From IMG/VR virus record IMGVR_UViG_3300033069_001378, positions 1 through 64,000 of that record: a stretch of 64,000 nucleotides of DNA. One strand, 5' to 3'. The notes under the pieces are model-generated. The model did no database searches, was not told the origin of the DNA, and saw only the letters and a program-made list of their open reading frames with translations. Shown one piece after another: positions 1 through 8,991 of this stretch. The position numbers were made by a program, and so were the translations under genes. This stretch comes from a virus (taxonomy: Duplodnaviria; Caudoviricetes). Every line of letters starts with the position of its first letter. Positions within the stretch are counted from its first letter, which is position 1.

Positions 1-48
1 GTGCTCAACAACTCCAATGTCAACAGAGGATTGAAAAGAGAGAAAATC

Positions 49-147
49 ATGATTCCTTATCTTTGCGGATTCCTTTCGGGAATTATCTTTGTGCTAATGA
101 TTGCATCAGCAAATGATGGTGGCAATGACGATGGAGACTCACAGTAA
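49..147 (+). CDS. small hydrophobic hypothetical protein (32 aa)
   Basis: ATG49..TAA147, MIPYLCGFLSGIIFVLMIASAND...; purine-rich upstream; abuts next ATG. Confidence 0.4.
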   Translation: MIPYLCGFLSGIIFVLMIASANDGGNDDGDSQ

Positions 148-148
148 C

Positions 149-436
149 ATGAAACCTAAGCCATCGAAACGTACGTTTCTTCCCATGACAAAAGAAGAAA
201 AAGAAGCTTTTGTAAAAGAAATGCATACCAAGCTTGTTGATGTTGGTGGTTTTAAGCATTACGGAACCTATTACGTTAAGAGCGTACCTCAACCATATAA
301 GCGAACCATTTCGGTTTATTTGCATACGGATTGTTTTGAAATCCTTATTGATGAAGGTGCAGGACGAGAAGGTTGGTTTGCTCAAAAGCATGACTATCAT
401 CCAGGCTCAATGAAGCGAATCGAAGAAATCCTCTAG
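149..436 (+). CDS. hypothetical protein
   Basis: ORF 101..436; ATG149 (MKPKPSK) follows the previous stop. Confidence 0.6.
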   Translation: MKPKPSKRTFLPMTKEEKEAFVKEMHTKLVDVGGFKHYGTYYVKSVPQPYKRTISVYLHTDCFEILIDEGAGREGWFAQKHDYHPGSMKRIEEIL

Positions 437-457
437 AAATATAGGCAGAAAATAATT

Positions 458-500
458 TTTCCATAATGTTGGTTTACATTATGGAAATTTTTGCTATAAT
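458..500 (+). promoter_or_regulatory. early promoter GTTTACA-16-TATAAT with 12-bp inverted repeat around -35; leaderless
   Basis: TTTACA 473-478, TGc-TATAAT 495-500, ATG at 508; TTTCCATAATGT/ACATTATGGAAA. Confidence 0.85.
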
Positions 501-507
501 AGATGTT

Positions 508-876
508 ATGACGACGACCTTCTACTCCACCTCCGCGAATCACACTCCCACCTATTCGGAGCGTCAGTGTACGTGTACCCCGGATAGCGATTGCTATTTC
601 TGCAAGGGTGATGGATGGGTTAGCATTTGCGATGCCCCGGAGCTTTGTGTGAGCAATAGCACGGCATCCCACCTTCTCAACCTGATCGGCATCGATCCCG
701 CGCCGACTGGCAAGATTTCGCCGGATCTTATTGCCGAGCTTCGTCGCAATATCCTCAAGCTAACCAACGTTTCGACCTTGGATCCGAAGGACGACCAGGC
801 TCTTAGCTTCCTTTTCCGTCTCGATGCCATCCTCGCATACTGCCAGGAATACGGCGAGTGCTTCGCTTGGGGCTGA
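508..876 (+). CDS. hypothetical protein with Cys cluster (CTC...CYFC)
   Basis: ORF 466..876; start moved to ATG508 because the upstream part is the promoter. Confidence 0.75.
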   Translation: MTTTFYSTSANHTPTYSERQCTCTPDSDCYFCKGDGWVSICDAPELCVSNSTASHLLNLIGIDPAPTGKISPDLIAELRRNILKLTNVSTLDPKDDQALSFLFRLDAILAYCQEYGECFAWG

Positions 877-913
877 AAACAAGAAAAAGAAAGATATAAA
901 GGAAATATTCAAT

Positions 914-1117
914 ATGCATAGCGATAGAAGTTTTCAAGCATTTTTTGTTTTTGTCCTCCTAGTAATTGTAGGTGCCTGGGCATTCAATGGATATCAGTAT
1001 GTGAATCGACCAGATTGTCCGAATGGCGTTTTGATTCAGGATGATGCTGGCGTCTTCCGATGCGTAAGCAAGGATACTCCAATATTTCTTCGCGCAAATA
1101 ACTTTGGTCGTCGTTGA
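914..1117 (+). CDS. small membrane protein
   Basis: AGGA upstream of ATG914; one hydrophobic helix AFFVFVLLVIVGAWAF. Confidence 0.65.
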   Translation: MHSDRSFQAFFVFVLLVIVGAWAFNGYQYVNRPDCPNGVLIQDDAGVFRCVSKDTPIFLRANNFGRR

Positions 1118-1138
1118 TCAAAAAGAGAGAAAAGGAAA

Positions 1139-1407
1139 ATGAAGATCACAATTTCAATTAAGGATCCCGATGGCTTTTACGAGTCGATAAAGGATCATGC
1201 CGTTGCGAAGCTCCGCGAGAATGGACATGAGGATTTGTATCACGTTCTTTTGAAGATAAGTCTGCGAAGAAAGAATTCAAGCAATTGGTTGATGAAGAGT
1301 ATCAAGAGGTTGAGTCTGCTTTGAAGAAGTGGGTTCAATATGGCGAATGCTGCACCCTTGAGTTTGACACCGAGACTGGTACTGCTGTAGTTCTGCCTAT
1401 TCGTTGA
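1139..1407 (+). pseudogene. frameshifted phage hypothetical protein
   Basis: frame 1 MKITISIKDPDGFYESIKD...; the -1 frame from ~1231-1250 continues FEDKSAKKEF...KWVQYGECCTLEFDTETGTAVVLPIR* to 1407. Confidence 0.6.
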
Positions 1408-1443
1408 TGATTGACCGATAGACTGCAAAACAAGCATAAAAAC

Positions 1444-1487
1444 AATATCCAAATGTTAGTTTACATTTTGGATATTTTTGCTATAAT
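1444..1487 (+). promoter_or_regulatory. early promoter with inverted repeat; leaderless
   Basis: TTTACA 1460-1465, TATAAT 1482-1487, ATG 1495; AATATCCAAA/TTTGGATATT. Confidence 0.85.
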
Positions 1488-1494
1488 GGATCAT

Positions 1495-1785
1495 ATGAAC
1501 ACTCTTGTAAACAAGAAGACCATAGAAAAGCTTGAAGGTCAAATGACCTTTGCGTCTATGGTGAATGATAATGTTTCTGAGCGAGTGTATTCCTCTTTTG
1601 ACGGTCGAATTGTTGCAACTCTTGATCATGACAATGCGAGCGTTAAGCTGACAGCGATTTCGTGGGATCGGGTTGTTGTTTGCACTTCGATTAAGGAAGC
1701 TGCAAAGCTCTTGATTAAAGATTCGATCGAACAAAAGAAAAACTGGACCGAAAACAAGAAAAACAAAGACTTGGAGCACGCATGA
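1495..1785 (+). CDS. hypothetical protein
   Basis: ORF 1411..1785, start moved to ATG1495 after the promoter. Confidence 0.75.
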   Translation: MNTLVNKKTIEKLEGQMTFASMVNDNVSERVYSSFDGRIVATLDHDNASVKLTAISWDRVVVCTSIKEAAKLLIKDSIEQKKNWTENKKNKDLEHA

Positions 1786-3014
1786 GCTACGTTAAGCGTC
1801 GTTGGACCGTTGAGAATACTTGGACTTGCGATTCCTGCAAGGAAGTGAATCGTGGTCGCGATATGAAGTGTAAGAAGTGCGGATCTTACAAAGAGAAGCG
1901 TGAGGAGTACGACACTTCAAAGAATCTTACGTCTGCTCCGGTTACGGATCCCGAGCTTTTGAAGCTTGCAAAGGCTGGTTCGAATTGGTCTTGCGAGTTC
2001 TGCAAGAACGATGTTCGTAACCTTTATGGTGAGTGTTCGGTTTGCGGTGGTCCCAAGACGCTTGAAGCTGCAAAAGAAAAGCAGCAGGAGACTCTTGCCG
2101 ATCCTCCGGTCCAGCATGACTGGAACCGTATTCTTCGTCCTGCTATTGCCCCAAAGAATAGTGCTCCTGCTCGCGTCATTGAGCCTACTGGTTGGCTTCC
2201 TTCTACCGATGACAACAGCAACAATAAGCTCAATTCTTTTTTCAGCGATGAAGAGAAGCTTCTTTACGCAAAGATTGGTGCCGTAGTCGCTGGTCTTGGT
2301 CTTCTGGTCTTCCTTCTCTTCTGGCTTTTCTCGTATCATTCCAAGCTGGTTACGGTTACGAACACGTACTGGAGCCATCGTGCGAACCTTTCGCAGCGTT
2401 CCACGCACCATGACACGGGTTGGCAGGATGATGAGCCTGCTTCGCATTTCAACGATGTTTGCGAGACTCGCCAGCATGGCACTCACGATTGCAATCCGTA
2501 TAACTGCAATCCTCACAGTGTCTCGTACGAGTGCAACTGTCATAGCGTGAGCGATGGTGAATCCTGCCATGAGTCTTGCCATAGCAGCGGAAATGGATTT
2601 TCCGAGTGTTCTGAGACTTGCACTCCGCAGTCGCATACCGAGTGTGATTCTTGCTCGCGGACTGAGTATGACACTTGCTATGAACAGTGTCCTACGATGG
2701 AACAGTGGTGTTCGTACGATTACTATCAGTGGACGGTGATTGCTACTTCCGAGCTTCACGGTTTCAATGACCACAATCTTCGTGATCCGCAGGATCTTGT
2801 GGCACAGCGAAATGAGATTGGTCCACAGTCTCTTGAGATTGAGCGTCATTACAGTGTGACCTTCACGGATCTCAATGATGACGAGAAGCCGCATTGGGAG
2901 TACAATCCGCAGACTGGTACGGATTTCAATCGATTCAACACGAACGCACTTTGGGATATCGAAGTGAATCATGCGGGACAGATGAATGTTCTTCATGCCC
3001 ACAGTGGACATTGA
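1782..3014 (+). CDS. membrane protein with two RanBP2-like zinc fingers and a Cys-rich C-terminal domain
   Basis: WTCDSCKEVN..RDMKCKKC and WSCEFCKN...CSVC; central TM helix; many Cys after the TM. Confidence 0.75.
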   Translation: MSYVKRRWTVENTWTCDSCKEVNRGRDMKCKKCGSYKEKREEYDTSKNLTSAPVTDPELLKLAKAGSNWSCEFCKNDVRNLYGECSVCGGPKTLEAAKEKQQETLADPPVQHDWNRILRPAIAPKNSAPARVIEPTGWLPSTDDNSNNKLNSFFSDEEKLLYAKIGAVVAGLGLLVFLLFWLFSYHSKLVTVTNTYWSHRANLSQRSTHHDTGWQDDEPASHFNDVCETRQHGTHDCNPYNCNPHSVSYECNCHSVSDGESCHESCHSSGNGFSECSETCTPQSHTECDSCSRTEYDTCYEQCPTMEQWCSYDYYQWTVIATSELHGFNDHNLRDPQDLVAQRNEIGPQSLEIERHYSVTFTDLNDDEKPHWEYNPQTGTDFNRFNTNALWDIEVNHAGQMNVLHAHSGH

Positions 3015-3027
3015 GAGAAGCAACAAG

Positions 3028-3945
3028 ATGACTTACATTCGCCTCAACAAGAACGCAAATAATCTTCAAGACGTCACAACATACTATCAGGATCGTGCAA
3101 GGCAGATTTTGACAGATGGGTATATTTGGTGTCGTGAGTGCATTGAAGTCGTCGTAGATGGAAAGCCTGTCGCTGCAAAGACTTACTTCCGTAAGGCACA
3201 GAAGTCCAATCCAAACTACTTTGACCTTTTCATTTCTCTCTATATCTACGAGAGTGCTCGTGGCAAGGGAATGTTTGAGCGTGTTTCAAACATGTATGGA
3301 TTGAAGCACAACTCCAACAAGACTCCGTTTGTCACAATCGTTGACTGCAATCTTGAGCGGACGTTCACCAAGAACCGATACAGCTTTGTCCGTGCGTATC
3401 CTCTTGCAAACAAGAGCACAGAGAAGCATTACAACATCATTTCGGAAGTGTATGGCTCTAGGATTGCAGAGCGTTCTAAGATCCCTTACATGAATCACGT
3501 TGATGAGGGAATCTATATTCTTCACAACAAGCTTAAGGTAACAGACGGTGACACCGTTTCTGCTTACATGCTTCATCCAATCTTTCAGGGAGACTCGGAC
3601 CTTGCAACGTATGGCATGAAGTATGTTGATCAGATTGACAACAAGAGGGTCATTATGCTTGCGATGGAGTACCGAAACATTGCAAATGCCTATCTCTCGT
3701 TTCGCCAAGATGTAACCGAAGAGAACCTATTCTCAAGCGTGGCACTGTCTCCGATTCCCGAAGTCAATCAAATGCTGGTTGCCGACAAGATTCAAAACTA
3801 TAAGGATTTTGTTAAGGCACACAAGGGGACGCATCCAAGGTCCAACGAGCTTGAAACCTATTTTCTTAACTGGTTTAAGCGCCTTGCTGTGGATATGGAT
3901 TTTGTAACCGAGACAATCAATGAACTCCAAGCAATCGAACGATAA
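3028..3945 (+). CDS. GNAT-like plus degenerate HD-domain protein
   Basis: SLYIYESARGKG (GNAT motif A-like); IPYMNH...AYMLHP...LVADKIQN (RelA/SpoT hydrolase-like, HD to HP). Confidence 0.55.
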   Translation: MTYIRLNKNANNLQDVTTYYQDRARQILTDGYIWCRECIEVVVDGKPVAAKTYFRKAQKSNPNYFDLFISLYIYESARGKGMFERVSNMYGLKHNSNKTPFVTIVDCNLERTFTKNRYSFVRAYPLANKSTEKHYNIISEVYGSRIAERSKIPYMNHVDEGIYILHNKLKVTDGDTVSAYMLHPIFQGDSDLATYGMKYVDQIDNKRVIMLAMEYRNIANAYLSFRQDVTEENLFSSVALSPIPEVNQMLVADKIQNYKDFVKAHKGTHPRSNELETYFLNWFKRLAVDMDFVTETINELQAIER

Positions 3946-4399
3946 TATTCCAAGCCATGCAAGGTTTGGTGCTGTACGAAAGCATGATATTCATACGGGC
4001 ATTGATATCTACCTTCCTTATGGTACGAAAGTGTATCCGATTGAAGATGGGGTGGTTGTCAACGTTGAATGGTTCACGGGAACAAAGAGCAATCCTCCGA
4101 CTCCGTGGTGGAAGGACACACAAGCGGTTTGGGTACAAAGCAGCAATAGTAACAAGCTTGTCTTTGTTTATGGCGAGATTGACACGGACATTGCAATTGG
4201 CACAAAGGTTTCTGTTAATGACTGCATTGGTACTATTGCCGAAGTCTTGAAGAAAGACAAAGGGAAGAATCCAACGACCATGCTGCACTTGGAGCTTTAT
4301 TCGGATATTCCAGAACAAACCGTTATTTGGAATATTGGAGAGCCAATGCCAAATCTCTTAATGGACCCTACGGTTTACATTTCCAAAATCAAACGATAG
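3920..4399 (+). CDS. M23 peptidase family protein (degenerate HxH)
   Basis: HTGID, GTKVYPIEDGVV, VYGEI, MLHLEL. Confidence 0.75.
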   Translation: MNSKQSNDNIPSHARFGAVRKHDIHTGIDIYLPYGTKVYPIEDGVVVNVEWFTGTKSNPPTPWWKDTQAVWVQSSNSNKLVFVYGEIDTDIAIGTKVSVNDCIGTIAEVLKKDKGKNPTTMLHLELYSDIPEQTVIWNIGEPMPNLLMDPTVYISKIKR

Positions 4400-4400
4400 A

Positions 4401-4739
4401 ATGAATATTATGATGACACAGCAAAAGACACAAGACGAATCATTGCTTCCATTGTCAATAATGATAATGTTGCTCATTAGCCTTTTCTTCAACGTTGCAG
4501 GTTCAGTTGCAACTTTTACATTGAGTGCTCAACGAGATTACTACAATCAGTTGCAGTCCGAAAGGCTTGATGTGAATGAAGCCAACCGCGCTATTCAAGC
4601 AGCGTGGTGTACCGAGCATAATGGAACAATTGTTAAGATCAACAACGTCAATCGTTGCACCCAAAACAATGACTTGAACGCTTGGCTGTTTATGCCTAGA
4701 TATTACAGGCTTACTGTAGTACAGCACAATAATCAGTAA
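4401..4739 (+). CDS. membrane-anchored hypothetical protein
   Basis: N-terminal hydrophobic helix. Confidence 0.6.
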   Translation: MNIMMTQQKTQDESLLPLSIMIMLLISLFFNVAGSVATFTLSAQRDYYNQLQSERLDVNEANRAIQAAWCTEHNGTIVKINNVNRCTQNNDLNAWLFMPRYYRLTVVQHNNQ

Positions 4740-4744
4740 ACCAC

Positions 4745-4773
4745 TTTACATTTTGGATATTGTTTGGTATCTT
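4745..4773 (+). promoter_or_regulatory. early promoter; leaderless
   Basis: TTTACA 4745-4750, 17 nt, TGg-TATCTT 4768-4773, ATG 4780. Confidence 0.75.
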
Positions 4774-4779
4774 TGAACC

Positions 4780-5277
4780 ATGACCACAAATATCAACACA
4801 AACAACACTTCCAATCTCCTCGGTACTGCCATCGCGATTGCTTCCGTTGTCCACGAGACACAGAAGGATCAAGGTGGCAATGCTTATATCCTTCACCCTA
4901 TGCGAGTCATGCAGCGCCTTCGTACGACCGATGAAGAACTAATGCAGATTGCTATCATGCACGACGTTGTAGAGGATTCTGGAGGTGCTTGGACCATTGA
5001 GAAGCTTCGTGAGAACGGATTCTCTAAGCGTGTCACAGATGCTCTTGCTCTGATGACTCACGATAAGGATGAGGATTACGAGATTTACATTCGTCGAATC
5101 TCTTCGAACACCGATGCCATTCGCGTTAAGATGGAAGACTTGCGAGACAATTCCGATATCACTCGTCTCAAGGGACTGCGAGACAAGGATTTCGTTCGTA
5201 TGCAGAAGTACAACAAGGCATTCATTTTCCTCAAGAATACGCTTGAGAACATGAAGGCAGTTGGCTATTCGAAGTAA
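4780..5277 (+). CDS. HD-domain small alarmone hydrolase (Mesh1/SpoT-like)
   Basis: HETQKD..G.AYILHPMRV, MHDVVEDS, VKMEDLRDN. Confidence 0.85.
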   Translation: MTTNINTNNTSNLLGTAIAIASVVHETQKDQGGNAYILHPMRVMQRLRTTDEELMQIAIMHDVVEDSGGAWTIEKLRENGFSKRVTDALALMTHDKDEDYEIYIRRISSNTDAIRVKMEDLRDNSDITRLKGLRDKDFVRMQKYNKAFIFLKNTLENMKAVGYSK

Positions 5278-5285
5278 GGACACAA

Positions 5286-5552
5286 ATGTCACTCCGCGCA
5301 AAGTATGCCTTAAATCCAAATTTGACAAATACGCTTACTCATGCGTACGTACAAGATGGATTGGATCCAGCAGTTTTTGCTGGCAACGTAGGTTCTGTTC
5401 ATCTTGTCACTTCGTTTTTTGAAGAAGATAATGATGAAGGATTTTATCAGGTTGTCATTGGCATGTTGTCATCAGAAAAGCGTATTGCTTCAACCAGAGG
5501 CGAACTTGACAAGTTGATGGCAACTCTTCAAAACTTTTATATCCAGAGTTGA
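5286..5552 (+). CDS. hypothetical protein
   Basis: AAGGA SD, in operon. Confidence 0.65.
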   Translation: MSLRAKYALNPNLTNTLTHAYVQDGLDPAVFAGNVGSVHLVTSFFEEDNDEGFYQVVIGMLSSEKRIASTRGELDKLMATLQNFYIQS

Positions 5553-5563
5553 GATTTCTGTCG

Positions 5564-5866
5564 ATGGCGATTCGAACAAATACAAAGAACAGCCTGTTTC
5601 AGTTGGATGACCCAACTTATGAATCATTCTACAAAAAGAAGCGCAAGACTTACATTTTCTATCTTCGAACACGAATGAAGACAGTGATGCCTGCACATCC
5701 AACCCTTCACAGGTATGTACCTGACGCCGATGACAACGGAAAAGAAATACTGGTCCTTTACGACGTCCGTAAATTGATCCATTCTACCGATTCTAGTCAT
5801 CTGGCTACAATAGATCGAATTCCTAATTGTGTATGGGATGAGTACACGGACTTGTTGGGCAAGTAA
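5564..5866 (+). CDS. hypothetical protein
   Basis: ORF 5549..5866, ATG5564. Confidence 0.6.
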   Translation: MAIRTNTKNSLFQLDDPTYESFYKKKRKTYIFYLRTRMKTVMPAHPTLHRYVPDADDNGKEILVLYDVRKLIHSTDSSHLATIDRIPNCVWDEYTDLLGK

Positions 5867-5871
5867 TCATA

Positions 5872-6195
5872 ATGACCATTCGCCAGAGTCTAAACGTAAA
5901 ATACACCAAGGAATTGAAGATGCTCCGCGTTAGCAACGGAGATTTCTATCATGGCAGCGTTTGGGAATACACGAAATACTACATTCGTGTTCTTCTGTAT
6001 TCAACACACAAGGATTTGACAGGGAAAACTCTTCTCTCCAAGTGTGAAACCTTTACGTACAATAACATGATTAGAAATCCAAGTCTTGCCAGTGTCTTCT
6101 GGAAAGAGGTTGGTTTTATCAATTCGATTTGGAATCAAGTCCATCCTGAGAAAAAGAATAAGGACAAACAAATGCCTATATGGAAGATGGATTGA
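5872..6195 (+). CDS. hypothetical protein
   Basis: tiling ORF. Confidence 0.6.
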   Translation: MTIRQSLNVKYTKELKMLRVSNGDFYHGSVWEYTKYYIRVLLYSTHKDLTGKTLLSKCETFTYNNMIRNPSLASVFWKEVGFINSIWNQVHPEKKNKDKQMPIWKMD

Positions 6196-6198
6196 GAA

Positions 6199-6579
6199 AT
6201 GACCATTCGCTCAACAGTTGACTGGAAAGTTCCAAAGGGAGCAAATCTAACAAACAAGACAAAGAATGAGGGTGGTACTGCTCTTCTTTGTTTGGTACAT
6301 GCTTTCAACGGAATTCCTGTAATTTCCCTTGGTTCTTGGAATGGAATAGGAGTGCCTAGAAGTCCTCCCACACTCTTCATAAGGAACTCAGGACGCTTTG
6401 TGGTTGCAGTTTCTCCATACGTATACCAGAAAAACAAGAAGGGCTATGTATTTCAAACCATGTCTCGAAATTTCAATAACGTATCAATGTCAGAGTTTCC
6501 TAACATTGGTCCATTCTTTTGGGAATGGTATCGAAGGGAAATTGTAGAACGGAACCTAAAGCTAACGGTTTGCGACTAG
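6199..6579 (+). CDS. hypothetical protein
   Basis: tiling ORF. Confidence 0.6.
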   Translation: MTIRSTVDWKVPKGANLTNKTKNEGGTALLCLVHAFNGIPVISLGSWNGIGVPRSPPTLFIRNSGRFVVAVSPYVYQKNKKGYVFQTMSRNFNNVSMSEFPNIGPFFWEWYRREIVERNLKLTVCD

Positions 6580-6598
6580 AAAAAGAGAAGGGAGAAAA

Positions 6599-6988
6599 AT
6601 GTCAATTCGCATTACTCACTGTCACAACCTTGTCGATCATACCAAGGTAACTCTTGTGACAAAGAAGCCGGATCCTCAATTGCATGAGATTCTTATGCAA
6701 AACGTAGCGGGAATCTCTTCTCTATGTCAAGAGATTGCTAACCCCGGTCGGAATTATGGACACACGGAACTAGCTCAAATGATTAAGCGTCTTGACAATT
6801 TGCTTCGTTTGAAGAGAGTATGTGAAGAGCCTTTTGGAGCAGGAGACTACTTTTCTACGCAAATTGTTTCAATTCCCTCTTTCCCTTTTTTGAATGAGCA
6901 GACTACTGAACTTTGCTTTCATCTACGTCATGACGCCGCTGGACCAGAAGATCGAGGAATTTGGAACCGTATGGCAGAATCTTTTTGA
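6599..6988 (+). CDS. hypothetical protein
   Basis: GGGAG SD. Confidence 0.65.
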   Translation: MSIRITHCHNLVDHTKVTLVTKKPDPQLHEILMQNVAGISSLCQEIANPGRNYGHTELAQMIKRLDNLLRLKRVCEEPFGAGDYFSTQIVSIPSFPFLNEQTTELCFHLRHDAAGPEDRGIWNRMAESF

Positions 6989-7168
6989 CAGTCTCCCGAT
7001 AAGAAATTGCCTGTTCTCCTATACTTATAGAGAGTGAACAGGTATAGTTCTTTTTACCTGCAAAAAAGAAAACACAACAAGGCACTGTAAATAGCTGAAT
7101 AAGCAAAAGGTGCAGATGCCATAAAAAGAAGAACAGATAGCTTGTGTATGCAAGCAACAAGAAGTTTT

Positions 7169-7774
7169 ATGAATAGCACATTCACGACAGCAGCAAAAAC
7201 GGAAGAGAAGCACTCTATTATAGCCAAGATCTTTGATCACTCAAAGATTGATGGAAGGAAGTCTATTCCCTATAGTTTTGTGGATAGACTCTTGACAGAA
7301 GAAGAGTGCAGCAGTTTGGTCCGTCTTGTCGATAAGATGACAAACACACTTCGCGCAGAAAAAGACGGCATCGGCTTAGCCCTACCTCAACTCGGAATCT
7401 TCAACGGACAACTCTTTATCATCAACCTCCTCCCAACTGACGGGCAGCAAACAACAGAGACAGAAGCATTTTTCAATCCAAGCTACACATACAATCCAAA
7501 CTCCACAACAAAAGAATCACAAATAGAAGGCTGTCTGAGCGTGCGTAAAACCACCAGACAGCTTTTCGCTATTGAGCGTCCAGTCTCAATTCAAGCCTCA
7601 TGGTATCAACTGGACGAAACAACCCGAACATTCACAAAGCGCGAAGAAACCCTAACCGGACTTCGCGCTCGTGTTTTTATGCACGAATACGATCACCTAC
7701 AGGGTGTGTCGATTGTCACAAAGTTCAACAAACAGCAGCAACAGCAAAAAACAACAAGCAAGAGGAGTGTCTAA
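7169..7774 (+). CDS. def: peptide deformylase
   Basis: GIGLALPQLG, EGCLS, HEYDHLQG motifs; start uncertain (7148 or 7169). Confidence 0.92.
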   Translation: MNSTFTTAAKTEEKHSIIAKIFDHSKIDGRKSIPYSFVDRLLTEEECSSLVRLVDKMTNTLRAEKDGIGLALPQLGIFNGQLFIINLLPTDGQQTTETEAFFNPSYTYNPNSTTKESQIEGCLSVRKTTRQLFAIERPVSIQASWYQLDETTRTFTKREETLTGLRARVFMHEYDHLQGVSIVTKFNKQQQQQKTTSKRSV

Positions 7775-7786
7775 CAGAGATCAGCC

Positions 7787-8371
7787 ATGCCGACCCATCA
7801 TAATCAACATAACAATAAACAATCTTTAGCGGAGAAGAAAGCCAGCAGCGCGTACTATTTGGACAGTATGCAAGACTTCACGGCAAACCCATCATCATCA
7901 ATAACAGCAGATAGTCTAGAGCCAATGGCAGCAGCAACAAGAAGGAAGAAGGTAATTTCATCTTCTTCTTCTACAACAAATAGCAGTAACAGCAGTAGAA
8001 GAAGGATTGCTGTCGTAGGCTCAAGAGAGTTCAAGAGTCTAGACTTAATTTCACAATGGTTAGATTTTGCCAATGACAAGTGGGACGGGAACATTGTTCT
8101 CGTATCTGGCGGTTGCAGAGGCGTAGATAAGACAGCAGAACAATGGGCAATCGATCGCAAGATAAACCGCGATATCTTTTTACCCAACTGGAACCAACAA
8201 GGAAAGAAAGCAGGCATTCTCAGAAACAAGCAAATTGTGGAGAATGCCGATTTCATTATTGCCTTTTGGGATGAAGAAAGCTCCGGTACAGAGTTCACCT
8301 TAAACTATGCTAAAAAGCTTGGAAAGCCATGCATCATAGTGTTTGAAGACGGTTTTCACAAGAAGTGGTAG
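7787..8371 (+). CDS. SLOG superfamily (YspA/DUF2493-like) protein
   Basis: IAVVGSREF, VSGGCRGVD, GILRNKQIV, AFWDEESSGT. Confidence 0.85.
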   Translation: MPTHHNQHNNKQSLAEKKASSAYYLDSMQDFTANPSSSITADSLEPMAAATRRKKVISSSSSTTNSSNSSRRRIAVVGSREFKSLDLISQWLDFANDKWDGNIVLVSGGCRGVDKTAEQWAIDRKINRDIFLPNWNQQGKKAGILRNKQIVENADFIIAFWDEESSGTEFTLNYAKKLGKPCIIVFEDGFHKKW

Positions 8372-8484
8372 AAAATTGATAATATCTCCTATATTTAGGA
8401 CTGTAGGTTTTTCAGATACAAAAAAACAAAATACAAAGTTCTAGAACAACAAACGTACATTGAGAGAAAAAGCAAGAGCCTACA

Positions 8485-8490
8485 TACTTA
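8485..8490 (+). promoter_or_regulatory. putative late promoter TAYTTA
   Basis: TACTTA 28 nt before ATG8518; second copy TATTTA at 8392; motif recurs before structural genes. Confidence 0.5.
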
Positions 8491-8517
8491 GCTAAGAAAT
8501 AGGAGATTCAAAACATC

Positions 8518-8871
8518 ATGGCATCAATTAAAAGAGTTTACGACCCACGTATCGGCAGCTACGACGTTCTTGTAGGAACACCAAACGCAGCAGTCAAGAC
8601 AATCACATATGCAGCAGGTACAACCACCGCTTCGCTCGGAGAGACAAACTTTGTCCTTTCAGCGTCATCGGCAGTTGTAGCTCTACCAGCAATCGCTTCG
8701 GATACAGTTGGTTCAACTGTGAAGATTCTTTCCGATTCGTCATTCACAGTTACCGCTTCCAACCCATTCGTATCACCAGCAGGTGCATTCGCAGCAGTCA
8801 TTGGTGCGTTCTCTGCAAGCAACTACGTTTCGGTTTCCGGCTCCGCTGGCTACTACTGGCACGTAAGCTGA
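8518..8871 (+). CDS. putative small virion/structural protein
   Basis: AGGAG SD, Ala/Ser/Thr-rich beta-type composition, own promoter and terminator. Confidence 0.6.
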   Translation: MASIKRVYDPRIGSYDVLVGTPNAAVKTITYAAGTTTASLGETNFVLSASSAVVALPAIASDTVGSTVKILSDSSFTVTASNPFVSPAGAFAAVIGAFSASNYVSVSGSAGYYWHVS

Positions 8872-8921
8872 TATTGGCATCGCTTAGCAATATCTAAAAC
8901 ACCCTAGAAGCGAACAAAAAG

Positions 8922-8962
8922 AAAGGCAGGTATCTCGTGAAGAGAACCTGCCTTAAGCTTTT
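8922..8962. terminator. bidirectional intrinsic terminator
   Basis: AAGGCAGGT...ACCTGCCTT stem with A/T tracts between convergent genes. Confidence 0.75.
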
Positions 8963-8991
8963 CTATTTGGTTTTATTTATCCTTGTTTCAA

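Noticed and set aside
1917-3026. 369-aa antisense ORF
   Set aside because: Shadow of the plus-strand zinc-finger gene; no motifs or RBS.
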